From assembly GCF_001194135.2 (NCBI RefSeq), contig NC_068999.1:34784259-34848041 (forward strand): a stretch of 63,783 nucleotides of DNA, in the 5' to 3' direction. Numbering within the stretch: the stretch's first letter is position 1; every line of letters begins with the position of its first letter. Below, piece after piece: positions 63,705-63,783 of the stretch. This DNA comes from Octopus bimaculoides. Lineage: Eukaryota. Position numbers and translations under genes: made by a program. The notes below the pieces were generated by a model. It did no database searches and was not told the DNA's origin. It saw nothing but the letters and a program-made list of their open reading frames with translations.

Positions 63705-63783
63705 TTGAGCTGGCTGAATCGTTAGCGCGTCGAACAAAATGCTTTACCCCATCATCCTTTCTTGGTTGATAAATTAAGTATCA
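63705..63783 (+). mobile_element. SINE family B, partial, at the window edge
   Basis: gagctggctgaatcgttagcgcgtcgaacaaaatgct...catcctttc...gataaattaagta. Confidence 0.75.

Overview
This window is AT-rich, microsatellite-dense eukaryotic DNA with many N gaps. I infer an octopus (coleoid cephalopod) genome from the SINE families and repeat landscape; no database search was run. I found no recognisable host protein-coding exon, rRNA, true tRNA gene or CRISPR array, and almost all ORFs in the supplied track are microsatellite or N-run artefacts. The identifiable content is decayed mobile DNA. It includes three tRNA-like SINE families, RLE-type (R4/Dong-like) LINEs (one about 3 kb), a Tx1/L1-like 3' end, two Penelope-like (RT/GIY-YIG) remnants, two Helitron derivatives, a DD37D/maT-type transposase remnant and two Tc1/mariner MITEs. 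The most notable signal is RNA structure. Two unrelated type I hammerhead ribozyme folds have complete cores (29-90, minus strand; 20142-20223, plus strand), and two degenerate hammerhead-like motifs share one repeat family. This points to Penelope- or retrozyme-type self-cleaving elements; activity is inferred, not shown. Other signals are a strand-consistent association of retroposons with (AAT)n/(ATT)n, many inverted SINE pairs (possible dsRNA/ADAR substrates), a perfect 30-bp hairpin and a ~180-bp inverted repeat pair.
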